DNA from: Squalus acanthias
Taxonomy: Eukaryota
NCBI GenBank assembly: GCA_030390025.1
Contig: CM059432.1
Coordinates: 61,940,001-62,004,000 of the forward strand
Reading direction: 5' to 3'
DNA length: 64,000 bases
Position numbers and translations under genes: made by a program. The notes beneath the pieces were generated by a model, which saw only the letters and a program-made list of their open reading frames with translations, was not told the DNA's origin and did not search any database. Positions 26,925 to 40,085 of this stretch are shown here, one piece after another; position 1 is the stretch's first letter; each line of letters starts with the position of its first letter.

Positions 26925-27556
26925 ATATGAGATCTTGGGCTTCATAAATAGAGGTATTAAGTACAAAAGTAGAGAAGTTATGCTGAACCTTTATAAAGCG
27001 CTGGTTAGGCTACAACTGGAGTATTGCGTCCAATTCTGGTCACCACATTTTAGGAAGGATGGGAAGGCTCTTGAGAGGGTACAGAGGAGATTTACCAGAA
27101 TGGTTCCAGGGTTGGGGGATCTTAGCTACAAGGACAGGTTGGAGAAGCTGGATTTGTTTTCATTAGAACAAAGGAGGTTGAGGGGTGAATTGATAGAGGT
27201 GTACAAGATTATGACGGGTTTGGATAGGCTAGACGGGGTAAGGCTGTTCCCACTAGTTGATGGTACAAGGATTAGGAGACACAGATTTAAGGTTTTGGGC
27301 AAGAGATACAGGGGGATGAGGGGAAAACTTTTTTACACAGCGAGTGGTGAGGACTTGGAACTCGATGCTGACAGAAGTGGTGGAAGCGGAGACACTCGAT
27401 GTTTTCAAGGGGAGACTGGATAGGCACTTGGGGGAAATAAACTTGCAGGGCTACAGGGGTAGAGTGGGGGAATGGGACTGACTGGATTGCTCTACAGAGA
27501 GCGGGCACGGACTCGATGAGCCGAATGGCCTCCTTCTGTGCCGTTATGACTCTATA
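26925..27556 (+). mobile_element. CR1 LINE 3' fragment
   Basis: GFINRGIKYKSREVMLNLYKALVRLQLEYCVQFWSPH... and the 3' UTR hairpin region. Confidence 0.85.
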
Positions 27557-27559
27557 GCC

Positions 27560-28103
27560 CCTTTCATTATCTAAGGATGTCCCAACGCACTTTACAATAC
27601 TTTTTGAAGTGGAGTCACTGTTGTAATGCAGGAAATGCAGAGCCAATTTTCCCACAGCAGGGTCTCATGAATAGCAGAAAGATTAATTAGCAGATAATCT
27701 GTTTGTGATGTTGGTTAAGGGACAAATATTGGCCAGGATACCGGGGGAACTCCTGCTCTAATTTGAATAGTACCATAACATCTTTTACATCCACCTGAGA
27801 TGTGGCACACGGCCTTGGTTTGCTTGAAAAGTTGGCACCTCTGACAGTGCAGCACTCCTTTAGTACTGCTGACAGTGTAGCACTCCTTCACTGCTGCACT
27901 GAAGTGTCAGCCCAGATTATATGCTCAAGAACGTTAAGAACATGGAGCTGGCCCTTCGAGCCTGCTCCCCCATTCAATAAGATCATGGCTGATCTTTTAC
28001 CTCAACTCCACTATCCTGCCCTATCCTTATCCCTATCTAGGCTTGGAGTGGGGGTTGAATGCACTATCTTCTCACTGAGAAGTGAGTGTGCTAGCATTGA
28101 GTC
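27560..28103 (-). mobile_element. DeuSINE-like element, decayed, with a small CR1 piece inside
   Basis: Reverse complement of the Deu domain (atcttttacatccacctgaga...gacagtgcagcactcctttagtactgc). Confidence 0.65.
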
Positions 28104-28639
28104 TGGTGATGTGGTGCAGCAAGTCCACAGCCCAGATTATTCTTTCAATTGAAGACCACAGAATTGCAAACGTTCTGATATTTAAAAGGAGTGAGATGAG
28201 AACTTAAATTCTACATCAGTTGGCTTCACATCTGGCTTCCATCCCTCTCAAACGGCCTCAACTGAGGTTGTGAACAGCATTGTCTTTTTTTTATTCTTGT
28301 CTTCCTAGACCTCTCCGCATTGCTCAACGTAGTTAACCATGACATCCTTTTCCAGTGGTTCTACTCTACCATGGAACTACCCTCACCGTCTTGCATATCT
28401 GAATGGAGCCACTGCATCTCCAGCAATGACTTCCCTTCCCTCCCCTGCAGCATTGTCTCTGGAGACCTTCAAGAATCTATCCCCTTCCTGATCTACATGT
28501 TGCCTCTCAGCATCATCCACAAGCAAATGGGTCAACTGCCATGTTTGTCAATGACACCCAGCCTCACCCCTCCACTACTTTCGTCAATTGCCTCTGTGCT
28601 GACTTCCAGTCTTGGATAAGTTACAGTCTTCTGCAGCTC

Positions 28640-29290
28640 AACATAACGACTTGCATTTATATAGCATCTTTCATGTCGGAAAACGTCCCAAGGGCACTTT
28701 ACAGGAGCATAATCGCACAAAAATTGCTGCCGCGCCAAAGGAGGAGCTATTAGGATGGGTGACTGAAAGCTTGTTCAAAGAGAGGTTTTAAGGAGGATCT
28801 TAAAGGAGAGAGGAGGCAGAAAGGTTTGGGGAAGGAATTCCAGAGCTTAGTGCCTAGATTGCTGAAGACATGGCCACCAAAGGTGGGTGTGAAAAGAGTA
28901 GGGATGCCCAAGAAGCCAGAGTTGGGCGAGCGCACAATTCTTAGGGTTGTAGGGCTGGAGGAGGTTACAGAGATGGGGAGGGGTAAGGCCATGGAGAGAT
29001 TCGATCATGAGAATTTTAAATTTGAGGCCTTTGTGGACCAGGAGCCAGTGTAGGTCAGCAAGCACAGGGTTGATGGGTGAGTGGGACTTGGTATGGGTTA
29101 AGATACAGGCAGCAGAGTTTTAGACGAGCTCAAGTTTATGGAGGGTTGAAGATTGGAGGCCGTCCAGGACAGCATTTGAATAGTCGAGTCTGGAAGTAAC
29201 AAAAGCATGGATGAGAGTTTCAGCAGCAGATGGGCAGAGGCGGTCGATGTTACGGAGGTGGCAGGAGGCAGCCTTTGTGATGGAGAGCAT
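28640..29290 (-). mobile_element. L2-clade LINE 3' fragment
   Basis: AETLIHAFVTSRLDYSNAVL and LADLHWLLV motifs; L2 tail. Confidence 0.75.
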
Positions 29291-30054
29291 ATGGCTACCA
29301 CTGCACACACCTAAGGGGCCAAATGGCTGTTTTTTGTGCTGTAACTTTTATCTTTTTGTATTGTCATAGCAGATCTGAAGACCATATAGTAGAGGATTTC
29401 TTTGTTTACGAATAACTTGAATAGTTGCACAATACTTACAGCCACTTAGTAGAAAATACCCCACGTTCCATTCATGAAATGATAGCATCTGGCCCACTGC
29501 ACCACCAAGTTATCCCACACTGAGAGATTTCCATCAGCTAAGGTGGAAAAGGAAAAGGATTTGGTGTGGTTATTGACCATTCACTAAAATCTTCCAGTCA
29601 GTGTAAACTGTATTATCAATAACAACAATTTACATTTATATTCCTTTAATGTAGAAAAACATCCCAAGGTGCTTCAGAGCTGTAAGAAAAAAAAAAGCTA
29701 ATCGAGTACTGGGATACATTCAGTTAAGACCAAAGAAGTGATTCAAATATGAAGAACTGTTTGGAGTATTGTTTGTGGTTTCAGTCATCCTACCTTCAAA
29801 TGGATATTGATGTGTTGCAGAGAATTTAGAGAAGATCAATATGGATATTGTGACTTTGGCTCAAGGATATAAAGAAAGACTTACAGAACTGACCTACTTT
29901 CTATTGGAAGAAAGAAGATTTGAGAATGACCCTGTATCCAAGTAGTCATAATGTTGAAAAGCATAAATAATTTAGATATAGGCAGGTTATTAGAAAGATT
30001 GAGAAATCTAGGTGAAGAGATGCAGCCGAGAGGGCAAGAAGGTACAGAAGATTA

Positions 30055-32673
30055 TTTTTTTTTTATTCGTTCGTGAGATCTGGCACCGCTGGCAAGGCCA
30101 GCATTTATTGCCCATCCCTAATTGCCCTTGAGAAGGTGGTGGTGAGCCGTCTTCTTGAACCGCTGCAGTCCATGTGGTGAAGGTACTCCCACAGTGCTGT
30201 TCGGGAGGGAGTTCCAGGATTTAGATCCAGCGACGATGAAGGAACGGCGATAAACTTCCAAGTCAGGATGGTGTGTGACTTGGAGGGGAACTTGGAGATG
30301 GTGGTGTTCCCATGCGCCTGCTGCCCATGTCCTTCTAGGTGGTAGAGATCGCGGGTTTGGGAGGTGCTGCCGAAGAAGCCTTGGCGAGTTGCTGCAGTGC
30401 ATCTTGTAGATGGTACACACTGCAGCCACGGTACGCTGGTGGTGGAGGGAGTGAATGTTTAAGGTGGTGGATGGGGTGCCAATCAAGTGGGCTGCTTTGT
30501 CGTGGATGGTGTTGAGCTTTTTGAGTGTTGTTGGAGCTGCACTCATCCAGGCAAGTGGAGAGTATTCCATCACAGTCCTTACTTGTGTCTTGTAGATGGT
30601 GGAAAGGCTTTGGGGAGTCAGGAGGTGAGACACTCGCCGTAGAATACTTAGCCTCTGACCTGCTCTTGTTGCCATAGTATTTATGTGGCTGGTCCAGTTA
30701 AGTTTCTGGTCAATGGTGACCCCCAGGATGTTGATGGTGGGGGATTCGGCGATGGCAATGCCGTTGAATGTCAAGGGGTGGTGGTTAGACTCTCGCTTGT
30801 TGGAGATAGTCATTGCCTGGCACTTCTGTGGCGCGAATGTTACCTGCCACTTATCAGCCCAAGGCTGAATGTCGTCCAGTTCTTGTTGCATGCGGGCATG
30901 GACGGCTTCATATCTGAGGAGTTGTGAATGGCACTGAACACTGTGCAGTCATCAGCGAACATCCCCATTTTCTGACCTTATGTTGGAGGGAAGGTCATTG
31001 ATGAAGCAGCTGAAGATGGTTGGGCCTAGGACGCTGCCCTGAGGAACTCCTGCAGCGATGTCCTGGGGCTCTGATGATTGACCTCCAACCAACACAACCA
31101 TCTTCCTTTGTGCTAGGTATGCCTCCAGCCAGTGGTGAGTTTTCCCCCCCGATTCCCATTGACTTCAGTTTTACTAGCGCTCCTTGATGCCACACTCAGT
31201 CAAATGCTGCCTTGATGTCAAGGGCAGTCACTCTCACCTCACCTCTGGAATTCAGCTCCTTTGTCCGTGGTTGGACCAAGGCTGTAATGAGGTCTGGAAC
31301 CAAGTGGTCCTGGCGGAACCCAAACTAGGCATCAGTGAGCAGATTATTGGTGAGTAAGTGCCGCTTGATAGAACTGTCAACGACACCTTCCATCACTTTG
31401 CTGATGATTGCGAGTAGGCTGATGGGGTGGTAATTGGCCGGATTGGATTTGTCCTGCTTTTTGTGGACAGGACATACCTGGGCAGTTTTCCACAATGTCG
31501 GATAGATGCCAGTGTTGTAGCTGTACTGGAACAGCTTGGCTAGAGGTGCGGCTAGTTCTGGAGCACACGTCTTCAGCATGACAGCCGGGATGTTGTCGGG
31601 GCGCATTGCCTTTGCTGTATCCAGTGCGCTCAGCCATTTCTTGATATCATGTTTCGAAACGAATTGGCTGAAGACAGGCTTCTGTGATGGTGGGGACCTC
31701 CGGAGGAGGCTGGTATGGATCATCCACTCGGCACGTCTGGCTGAAGATGGTTGCAAATGCTTCAGCCTTGTCTTTTGCATTCACGTGCTGGGCTCCACCA
31801 TCATTGAGGATAGGGATATTCATGGAGCTGCCTCCTCCCGTTAGTTGTTTAATGGTCCACCACCATTCACGACTGGATGTGGCAGGACTGCAGAGCTTTG
31901 ATCTGATCCGTTGATTGTGGGATTGCTTAGCCCTGTCTATAGCATGCTGCTTCTGCTTTTTAGTATGCATGTAGTCCTGTGTTGCAGCTTCCCCAGGTTG
32001 GCACCTCATTTTTAGGTACGCCTGGTGCTGCTCCTGGCATTCTCTTCTACACTCCTTATTGAACCAGGGTTGGTCCCCTGGCTTGATGGTAATGGCAGAG
32101 TGAAGGATATGCCGGGCCATGAGGTTACAAATTGTGGTGGAATACAATTCTGCTGCTGCTGATGGCCCACAGTGCTTCATATATGCCCAGTTTTGAGCTG
32201 CTAGATCTGTTCTGAATCTATCCCATTTAGCACGGTGGTAGTGCCACACAACACAATGGAGGATGTCCTCAGTGTGAAGACGGGACTTCGTCGATGCCGG
32301 GTGGTCCGTCCGGTTTTATTCTTATTGTTTCTTGTAGAGGTTTGTTACAACTGAGTGGCTTGCTAGGCCATTTCAGAGGGCAGTTAAGAGTCAACCACAT
32401 TGCTGTGGGTCTGGAGTCACATATAGGCCAGACCAGGTAAGGATGGCAGATTTCCTTCCCGAAAGGACATTAGTGAACCAGATGGGTTTTTACGACAATC
32501 CGATAGTTTCATGGTCACCATTACTGATACTAGCTTTTTATTCCAGATTTATTTAATTAACTGAATTTAAATTCCCCAGCTACTGTGGTGGGATTTGAAC
32601 TCTCATCTCTAGATCATTTGTCCAGGCCTCTGGATTACTAGTCCAGTAACATAACCACTATGCTACTGTTGCC
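30055..32673 (-). mobile_element. CR1-group LINE with a tRNA-derived 5' head, endonuclease region missing
   Basis: RT motifs ([49 protein letters not shown]), poly(A) tail at 30055-30064; 5' end has A box TAGCATAGTGG (32665-32655) and B box GTTCAAATCC (32600-32591). Confidence 0.8.
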
Positions 32674-34784
32674 AGGAAATTGTGATTAGGTGACACCAAG
32701 CCTGAGTTTTAAAAGAACATAGAATGCTGGAGGAAGGGGATGCTGAGTGTGATTACGAATTCAATGTTTTCATGATCCTGGAAATTTTGTTTTAGGGCTT
32801 CACCAGGTACTTCTATTGTGCACAGCATCAAAAACCATTCCCGTAAGCAAACTCTTGCTCCTTACAAACCGAAGAGTGAGCTCGTACACACAATATTTAA
32901 CATTGTGGCATTGCCAAGGGTTGAACAGAAACGCTTGTTCCTGTAATTGGCACACAGGAAATCATACGAGCCAACTCGTATTCTCCTAACCATCGTATAG
33001 CAGAAAAGTAAACACAGAGACTATGTAACTTAGGCTGTAAACTACAAATAGGGTTCTTTAAAAAGTAAAATCAGCGCAGCATTTTCACTTGATTGCACCT
33101 CTTTCGGTACAAAAATAATAAAATGTGCGACATTTTGCCAGTTATCTTGGCAATGCTAAACTTAGCCCAGAGTATGTAACGCAAGGTTCAGTCTATCCTC
33201 AGAGTCTTTGTAAGTCCACTTCCACACTCCAAAGCTGCCGCAGGTTGCAGGGTCTAAATTTCTTGTCACCTTGGAAGTTCAGGCTGGGACATAGGAAATG
33301 ATAATTAAACATATCAAATTAGAGTGATGGATTCCTGAAGCTCCCCCGATGCTTAATACAAAAGCATTTTATGTGGCTCCAAGCACCTTTACTTAAATTA
33401 AATTGATTACTTTTCAGGACGAGGCAAACAGCCTGAGTTTAGTTTCTAATTGTGTTGCAATGAAAATGTATTTGCATACATGAATGGTCTGTTTCTACCA
33501 ACAGTGGTAATTTCCTGGTGATACTTGTATGTTCTAGCTGGATTGCCTGTTGGCATTAACCAAAGTTAAAAGGGCCAGCAAAATCCCATAAGTAGGTATT
33601 AGAAATATAGAGATTTTCTTACGATTTCAAATGTGATTGATATCCCTATACAACACAAACATGAGATAAAATAGACAGTGGCCCTGATATTATGGGGAGG
33701 AGGGTGGGGTAGAGTTCTGGACAGGAAACCCAGAAGTATGGTTTCCCTGACGTCCTGCAAGGTGGGGGTGGGGGGGGAGATTGTATGTTAAGATGGAGGC
33801 ATGCAGCCCCCTTAAAAGCTTTTACCGACTGACCTGGCTCCTGAGAGCGGATTAGTCACTGGCTTCCATTAAATCTCCATTGGGCAGATTGGGGTCAGGT
33901 TTCAAATTTTAACTTCTCACCTGACCCAAACCCAGCCATTCTTGGGAGTTAAAATTACTCCCACTGTCTTGTTTCCAACGTAGTGTGCATTCATGGAGCT
34001 GGACTATAAGTACTCCATAGAACTGGAGTACTGAAATACACCATTAATGAGCCTCAAGCAAGGGAAGACACCAGATTTTAGTTCCCCCATAGCAGTGAGT
34101 GTGTAAAGTAGCTCTCAGCAGAGGAATTAATTAAGTGTTTAATTCCTTCAAAAATAAAAACCTTGGCTAAATAAAAACTGATTCGTCATGGAATTACACA
34201 TTATAGGGATGAATGTAGTCCAAGATATCAAATAATCCAGCAAACTTGATAGTCCCAGCAGCACAGACTAAGAAAATGTCCTCTGTGAAAAGAAATCAGC
34301 CACTGTTGAATAGTTCAGATGTGAGGATGGATAGATATTTTGGAGTTTCACTTGATTTTCATTGATAAGGAATAAATAAGTGGGTAACGATGTTTGCACA
34401 TAGGCTCTGAAATAAGGAAACATAATGGGCTGAATAACTTTTCTCATGCTTCTCATTAATAGCTGTTTCCTCGCAGCGTGACAAAGTATAGTTACAACCT
34501 ATCTCATTTTAAAATCTAAATTTGATGGATTTTCAGCTTTTAACTAGGTGGATAACTTTTTTAAACACTGTATATGCAGTGTCTCATGTCATCTGTCATT
34601 GGTGTTGCCGCAAGATGTTGCTTTGGCAGTTGTGTAAGAATGTACCTGTCTCCGACTTCAATGAGGATGCATCAAGATGGGAGGGGACAGGAGCTGAATA
34701 AACTAAACATTTTTTAAATACAGATAACAAGTGACTGAATATGTTTAAAACAAGCTATTAAGTTTGTTTTTTGTTATTTTTCAG

Positions 34785-34912
34785 CTGGGGAATGGCTGTT
34801 AATGTGTATTCTACGTCGGTAACTAGTGAGAACATGAGCCGGCATGACATCATGGCCTGGATTAACGACACTGTGTGTTTAAACTACACAAAAATCGAAC
34901 AGCTTTGCTCAG
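34785..34912 (+). CDS. MAPRE2: MAPRE2 (EB2) internal coding exon, N-terminal part of the calponin-homology domain
   Basis: Polypyrimidine tract ...ttgttatttttcag| then C TGG GGA ATG GCT... translating (S)[42 protein letters not shown](G), ending at |gtaag. The '[11 protein letters not shown]' N-terminal extension is the EB2-type feature. 128 nt. Confidence 0.93.
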
Positions 34913-37106
34913 GTAAGAACACTTAATAATTAAGTCTTTTTAATTAAAAAAAACATGCATTTATATAGCGCCTTTCATGACCACTGGACGTCCCAAAACG
35001 CTTTACAGCGAACGAAGTACTTTTTGAAGTGTAGTCATTGTTGTAATGTAGGAAATCCTTTAAATGTGCTTTAAATAATATATGGTGGCAGCAAGCTCCA
35101 CTTATTAAGTATGGCCTGTAACATTTATTTTGTAGTGGATGCAATGACCCTTTGTACAATAACATTCAAATGCATTACCCCTTGTTTAAAAACTACCTAG
35201 TTCATGTTGATCCAGAGTATTTAGAATATTTAAAGTGGAAGGTCATTCTCCTGCATGTTGTTTGTAAACTTATTGCTGTCTCGGTATATTTTCACTGCAT
35301 TGGTGCAAATCGAAAATCACTAAATTTAGAGTCTGGGTCCAACCTGACTAGAGCAAAGCACAATGAGACTCCTTGGCTTCAGTTTGACACTGCATGGAGT
35401 GCAATTTCAGTTAAACCTGTTTCTAAAAGGTGCTCCGGCAGCATGCAGGATTCCCTGGACACATTTTCAACCCACCTGATTTTCCTTGAAATATTTAGAG
35501 AGAAGAACTGTTCCCTCCACACACACTCAACATTTGAATGTTTTTACTGTTGGGTAGGGTTGCAAAATTCCGGGAATTTTTAAAAGAGGAAACTTTCCAT
35601 GGGAATTTTCGGGAATTTGGGGAATTTATGGGAATTTTGAGTTTTTTTGCACACTGATGGTTTTTGTCTCTGACCCTTATTATCTTTGTCATCAAAATAG
35701 ACATACTGTTCCATACAAATAAAAACAGGCTTTCAAAACTTTATTTAGGTTATAATTTTGAACTTTATTGAACCCCCACAAAAAAGACCCATCTAAAATA
35801 AAATAAAAAGAGCGTCAGCTTATTTAGCCTGTAATTTGTTCTTATTTTGTCCCTTTGAGTCTTCTACTGATGAGTCTTCTACTCATCATTGCTCCTCCTG
35901 ATTCTCTGGCTCTGACGTGTCCATTTCCTCCTCTGTGTCACTGTCTAGCTGTGTGGTGGACACTTCTGTATCTGGCTCAATAAGTTGTAGGTTCGCCCGG
36001 ATAGACATCAGTTTCTCCACTCTCTTGTTAGTCAACCTGTTGCGCACCTTTGTATGTGTATTCCCAAAAAGTGACCAGTTTCGTTCAGAGGCCGCTGATG
36101 AAGGTGGGATTTGGAGTATCACCGATGCAATGGGTGACAGGGCCTCAGATGCACAAAGTCCCTTCCACCAGGTATGTGCACTGATATGCTTGAATGATTC
36201 CCATATCCCGTCCCCATTCCAAAGACCTTGCTTGGTAGAGAACTTTGCCAGACTTCCCAGAACTTTGCCCACGTCCAGATTGAGGTGGCGTGAGAGGGTA
36301 GAAATCACACTGTAAGCGCTGTTGATCTGTTCTCCAGAAAGTATTGGTCTCCCAACATGCTTTGGGTCCAGCATGTATGCTGCAGCATGAATCGGCTTGA
36401 CACAAAATTCTTGACGCATCTGTATGAATTGAACAATTGCCTTCTCCTCTGCTTTGAGCAGTAGGGATGTGGGTAGGGCAATGCTGATTTGTTCTTTTAA
36501 ATCAGCAAAAAGCTTGAGAACATCTGACAAGACAGCGTCATCTCCTTCAATCTGAGCAATTGCAGATGCTACTGGTGAGAGTAGCTTAAGGCTGCTAACC
36601 ACTCTCTCCCAAAACACATCATCCAGCAGTATTTTCTTGATGGTGGTTTCCATATCCCCAGACTGGGATATTGCCATTTCTTGCAGCGACTCCTTACCCT
36701 CCAGAAGGCTGTTGTACATTATGACAATGCCACCCCATCTAGTGTTGCTGGGCAGCTTCAGTGTGGTGTTCTTGTTGTTTGCTTGGAGTTGTAGGTTGCT
36801 GCAACTACCTGTCTTCCCCTGACATACTTAACACCTTGCTTGGCTCTCTTGTACACTGTTTCCATGGTTCTCAAACCCATGATGTCCTTGAGCAGGTTGA
36901 GCCCATGAGCTGCGCACCCAATAGATGTAATATGAGGGTAGGCCTCCTCCACTTGAGCCCAAGCAGCCTTCCTATTCGCAGCATTGTCAGTAACTACTGC
37001 AAAGACCTTTTGTGATCCAAGATCGTTGATGACCGCTTTCAGCTCATCAGCAATGTATGTGCCTGTGTGTCTGTTGTCCTTCGTGTCTGTGCTCTTGAAG
37101 AACACT

Positions 37107-37541
37107 AATGAGAAGTCGCACAACACCAGGTTATAGTCCAACAGATTTATTTAAAATTACAAGCTTTCGGAGCTATCCTGCCCCTTCTTCAGGTAGAGTT
37201 ACTGAGAGAATCTATCAGAATTCACAGAATATAAACACAGAGAAAATGCATAGATTAAATCTTTCCCTACATCAAAGACACACTAAGAGCACAGCCAAGA
37301 CAATGAGATGTGTCCCAGGGGGTCCAACGCGTCAAAACACCTGCTGGCTGCATATCCTCTCCATTTGTGTTTGTTTCTTGTGTTTGTTTTTTTTTTAAAC
37401 TGGAAAGACAGGCAACGATGTCAAGTCACGTTCTATAGCGTGACATGAACCCGATATCCCGATTGAGGCCGTCCTCATGAGTGCGGAACTTGGCTATCAG
37501 TTTCTGCTCGATGATTTTGCGTTGTCGTGTATCCCGAAGGC
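37107..37541 (-). mobile_element. Penelope-like element 3' fragment (second family) inserted into the hAT transposase
   Basis: GIY-YIG C-terminus RKIIEQKLIAKFRTHEDGLNRD, pLTR with hammerhead motif, 7-bp TSD gaacact (37100-37106, 37542-37548). Removing it restores TPLPVF-FKSTDT. Confidence 0.85.
37158..37195 (-). ncRNA. Minimal type I hammerhead ribozyme motif (PLE-associated)
   Basis: UAC-CUGAAGA-A-GGGGC(AGGAUA)GCUCC-GAA-AGCU-U-GUA: intact core, stem II, palindromic minimal stem III. Confidence 0.7.
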
Positions 37542-39985
37542 GAACACTGGGAGAGGAGTGGAGACGATGTAGTTTATGATGCCCTCCCCTCGTACATTTG
37601 ACCACCCATCTGAGATAACTGCAACACAGTCTGCCATCTCTTGTTTCTCTGAGCTTTCCTTGGACTCTGTTATACTCAGCCTCCAGCAAATAAGTAGACA
37701 AAGCATGTCTGGTGGGAGGACAGTATGCAGGGTGAATAACATTGAAAAATCTCTTCCAGTACACATTGGCTGAGAGCATGAGGGGTGAGCCTGTTGCATA
37801 TACAGCTCGAGCAAGGCACTCATCTGCATTCTTCTGGCTATGGTTATCCATTGTATCAAAGAACCTTTCAAGTGGGCCAGGAGTTGCTGCTGATAAGGAG
37901 CCTGATGCTGAATGTGAACCATCATCTTCTTGAATGGAAGCAGAGGAACTCTGGGCTGACTGCTGTGAGCTTTGAGTGAAGTTGTTGCATTTGGATAAAT
38001 GCTGCTGCATCTTTGTGGCATTCTTTACATATGGCTTTGTACAGTGTTTGCACATGTACTCAGTCTTTCCATCTTTAATGCCTGGGGTAAAATGCTTCCA
38101 CACATCCGACGGTAAACGTGGCATTGTTCTATGCAGAGAAATAAAGGGCATTCGTCTCTGTGTTGAACTGCGGTCGATCAGCACGATTGCAACAGGCCAG
38201 GGTGAGTAAATTTTTCCTGATGCTCCATGTGATGGAAGCATGACCTGTGCACGCACGACGCTACATCACCAATAGAGGGAGCTAATCGCTCATCCACCCA
38301 TCCAACCAATCAGGACACATTTGTTCACAGTCACACACAAAACTTGTAATTATTAAAACAAGCCAAGTAAGAAGATAAACATATATTGATTAATAAATTC
38401 CTTAATAGTTAAGATTCCATCTCTGTTAGTAATTTTAAGAGAGGACCTGTGGGGGAAAAAAAAAGAAAGACAAAAAAAAACCAATATTATGCTAGTATGT
38501 GCTTTTTTGGGCAAAATTCCCAAGCTAAACTTCCCGTGGAAAATTTCCGGAAATTTACCGGAAACTTTCCACCCCTTTGCAACACTACTGTTGGGAGAAA
38601 AAGTTCTATAAGAGTGTATCTGCGGATGGAAGAGCTCTCTTCTGGGTAGGACAATTAGGGACCAGGAGCCAAGCAGTGTAAACCGGGACTGCCGAGCTGA
38701 AACTAAAACTGCAACTACTGGTCTCGGGTGGTGCTGTAATGAGGTTTCCAGTTTAAAGAGAAAGTGTGGAGGCCAGGTAATAAATGTATGTGAATTACTA
38801 ATTTAAAAAATAATTAAAATTAAGCTCCGTTCATTGCAACTGGAGCCTGCTGCATGCTAGCAGTGGAAACTTCAGAGTGCCTTTAACCTGTTTCACTGGC
38901 AGCTGCTCTTGAATCAAACACAGAAGAAAGATGTGTTTGTCCGAGGGCTCCAGTTTCTGTTGACACTATGTCCATTCCTCAGCAGTTAAACTACTATATT
39001 TTAGCATTCTTTACAACTGGCTATGGACTCAAGATCCTGCACAATCTGCATTCCTCTTGCCCACCAAATCAAACTCTCTTTATAGCAATGACTGGAGCTA
39101 TATGAAATGCAAACAAAGTGTGACTGGTCACTTCCTTGTTGCATACTTTTTCTTTTTATTCTTCTTGTACGTTAGAAATACAAATTGGTATAGAGTGGTT
39201 TCCAGTGATGTCTGAAGCCAAGCTAATATAAGGTCAGGAGTGCCACTCTTCCCTGAAGATTCCACAATGTTCAGCTCCATTCTCAACTCTTCCAATAATG
39301 AAGCAACCCATGGCAGCTTACAGTAGGCCCTGGATAACATACATGCTGGGACTGCCAAGTGGCATAACCTTTGCATCATACAAATACCAGGGACTTCAAC
39401 AGTACCACCATTAGAGTCCCCCATCACAGGAGATTTGCAAGTACAAAATGAAAAATACAAAGCAATGTCCATAATGGATTTGTTACCTTTTTCAAGAAAT
39501 GTTTTGGAAATTAATAATTTATCTAATTTGTCTTGTAATCTCAGTGCTGATTGGAATTGAATTGTGTTGAAAATAAAGTCGCAATCTTTTCATCTAGTTT
39601 CAAAACTCAAAGAAATGAAGATCTGTAGTAGGTTCCAGGTTTTGAGCACTTCATTTCCTTTGAAGTCAGGTAACTTAAATGAGTTAAAATTCATAGATAA
39701 AAGACAATCCATTTGATTTTGTATCTGTGAAAGGCAAACTCCACTCCAATGAATAATACTTTATCAAAGACATTTTGCAAGCCTAGTTACACTACACCAT
39801 ATGACTTTCCCTTGTCAATGTTTAGTATCACCACCTCTAAAACTCTCTCTGGTTGGTCAGTTAAAATCTACTCATTTATTAGGTATTTTCATATAGTTAC
39901 TTCTGATGACTAACTAGTTTGATGAGTTTCCCAACTATTGTATTTAGTCTATAAATGTCTGGAATAGACAATGGATAAATGCATT

Positions 39986-40085
39986 ACAAAAGCAAAATAC
40001 TGCGGATGCTGGAAATCTGAAATAATAACAGAAAATGCTGGAAATACTCAGCAGGTCAGGCAGCATCTGTGGAGAGAGAAACAGA
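39986..40085 (-). mobile_element. Penelope-like pLTR fragment
   Basis: Same pLTR sequence as 4668-4809; 9-bp TSD aaatgcatt (39977-39985, 40086-40094). Confidence 0.8.

Larger units (their letters stand above)
35886..38124 (-). pseudogene. hAT transposase (BED zinc finger, DUF659-type core, C-terminal dimerisation domain), frameshifted and PLE-interrupted
   Basis: VWKHF...CKHC...HLSKC; SDGWSN; VTDNA; GCAAHGLNL; AAYMLDP; PSSAASERNWS. Confidence 0.9.
35555..38587 (-). mobile_element. hAT DNA transposon
   Basis: TIRs tagggttgcaaa / tttgcaacacta (11/12); perfect 8-bp TSD ctgttggg (35547-35554, 38588-38595); subterminal gggaattt repeats. Confidence 0.93.

Noticed and set aside
32591..32673. tRNA gene
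   Set aside because: A and B boxes are present, but I cannot fold a cloverleaf and it continues into a retroelement body.
1..34784. MAPRE2 first coding exon (MPGPTQ...-type N-terminus)
   Set aside because: No matching sequence found; presumably upstream of the window. The following exon (VIPVEKLVKG...) was also not found before 64000.
35571..35640. Short repeated gggaattt units as a CRISPR-like or satellite array
   Set aside because: No spacer structure; these are hAT subterminal repeats in a eukaryotic genome.
37426..38256. 276-aa BED-finger/GIY-YIG-tail fusion ORF as a novel chimeric gene
   Set aside because: A by-product of a transposase frameshift plus the PLE insertion; the middle part is out of frame.
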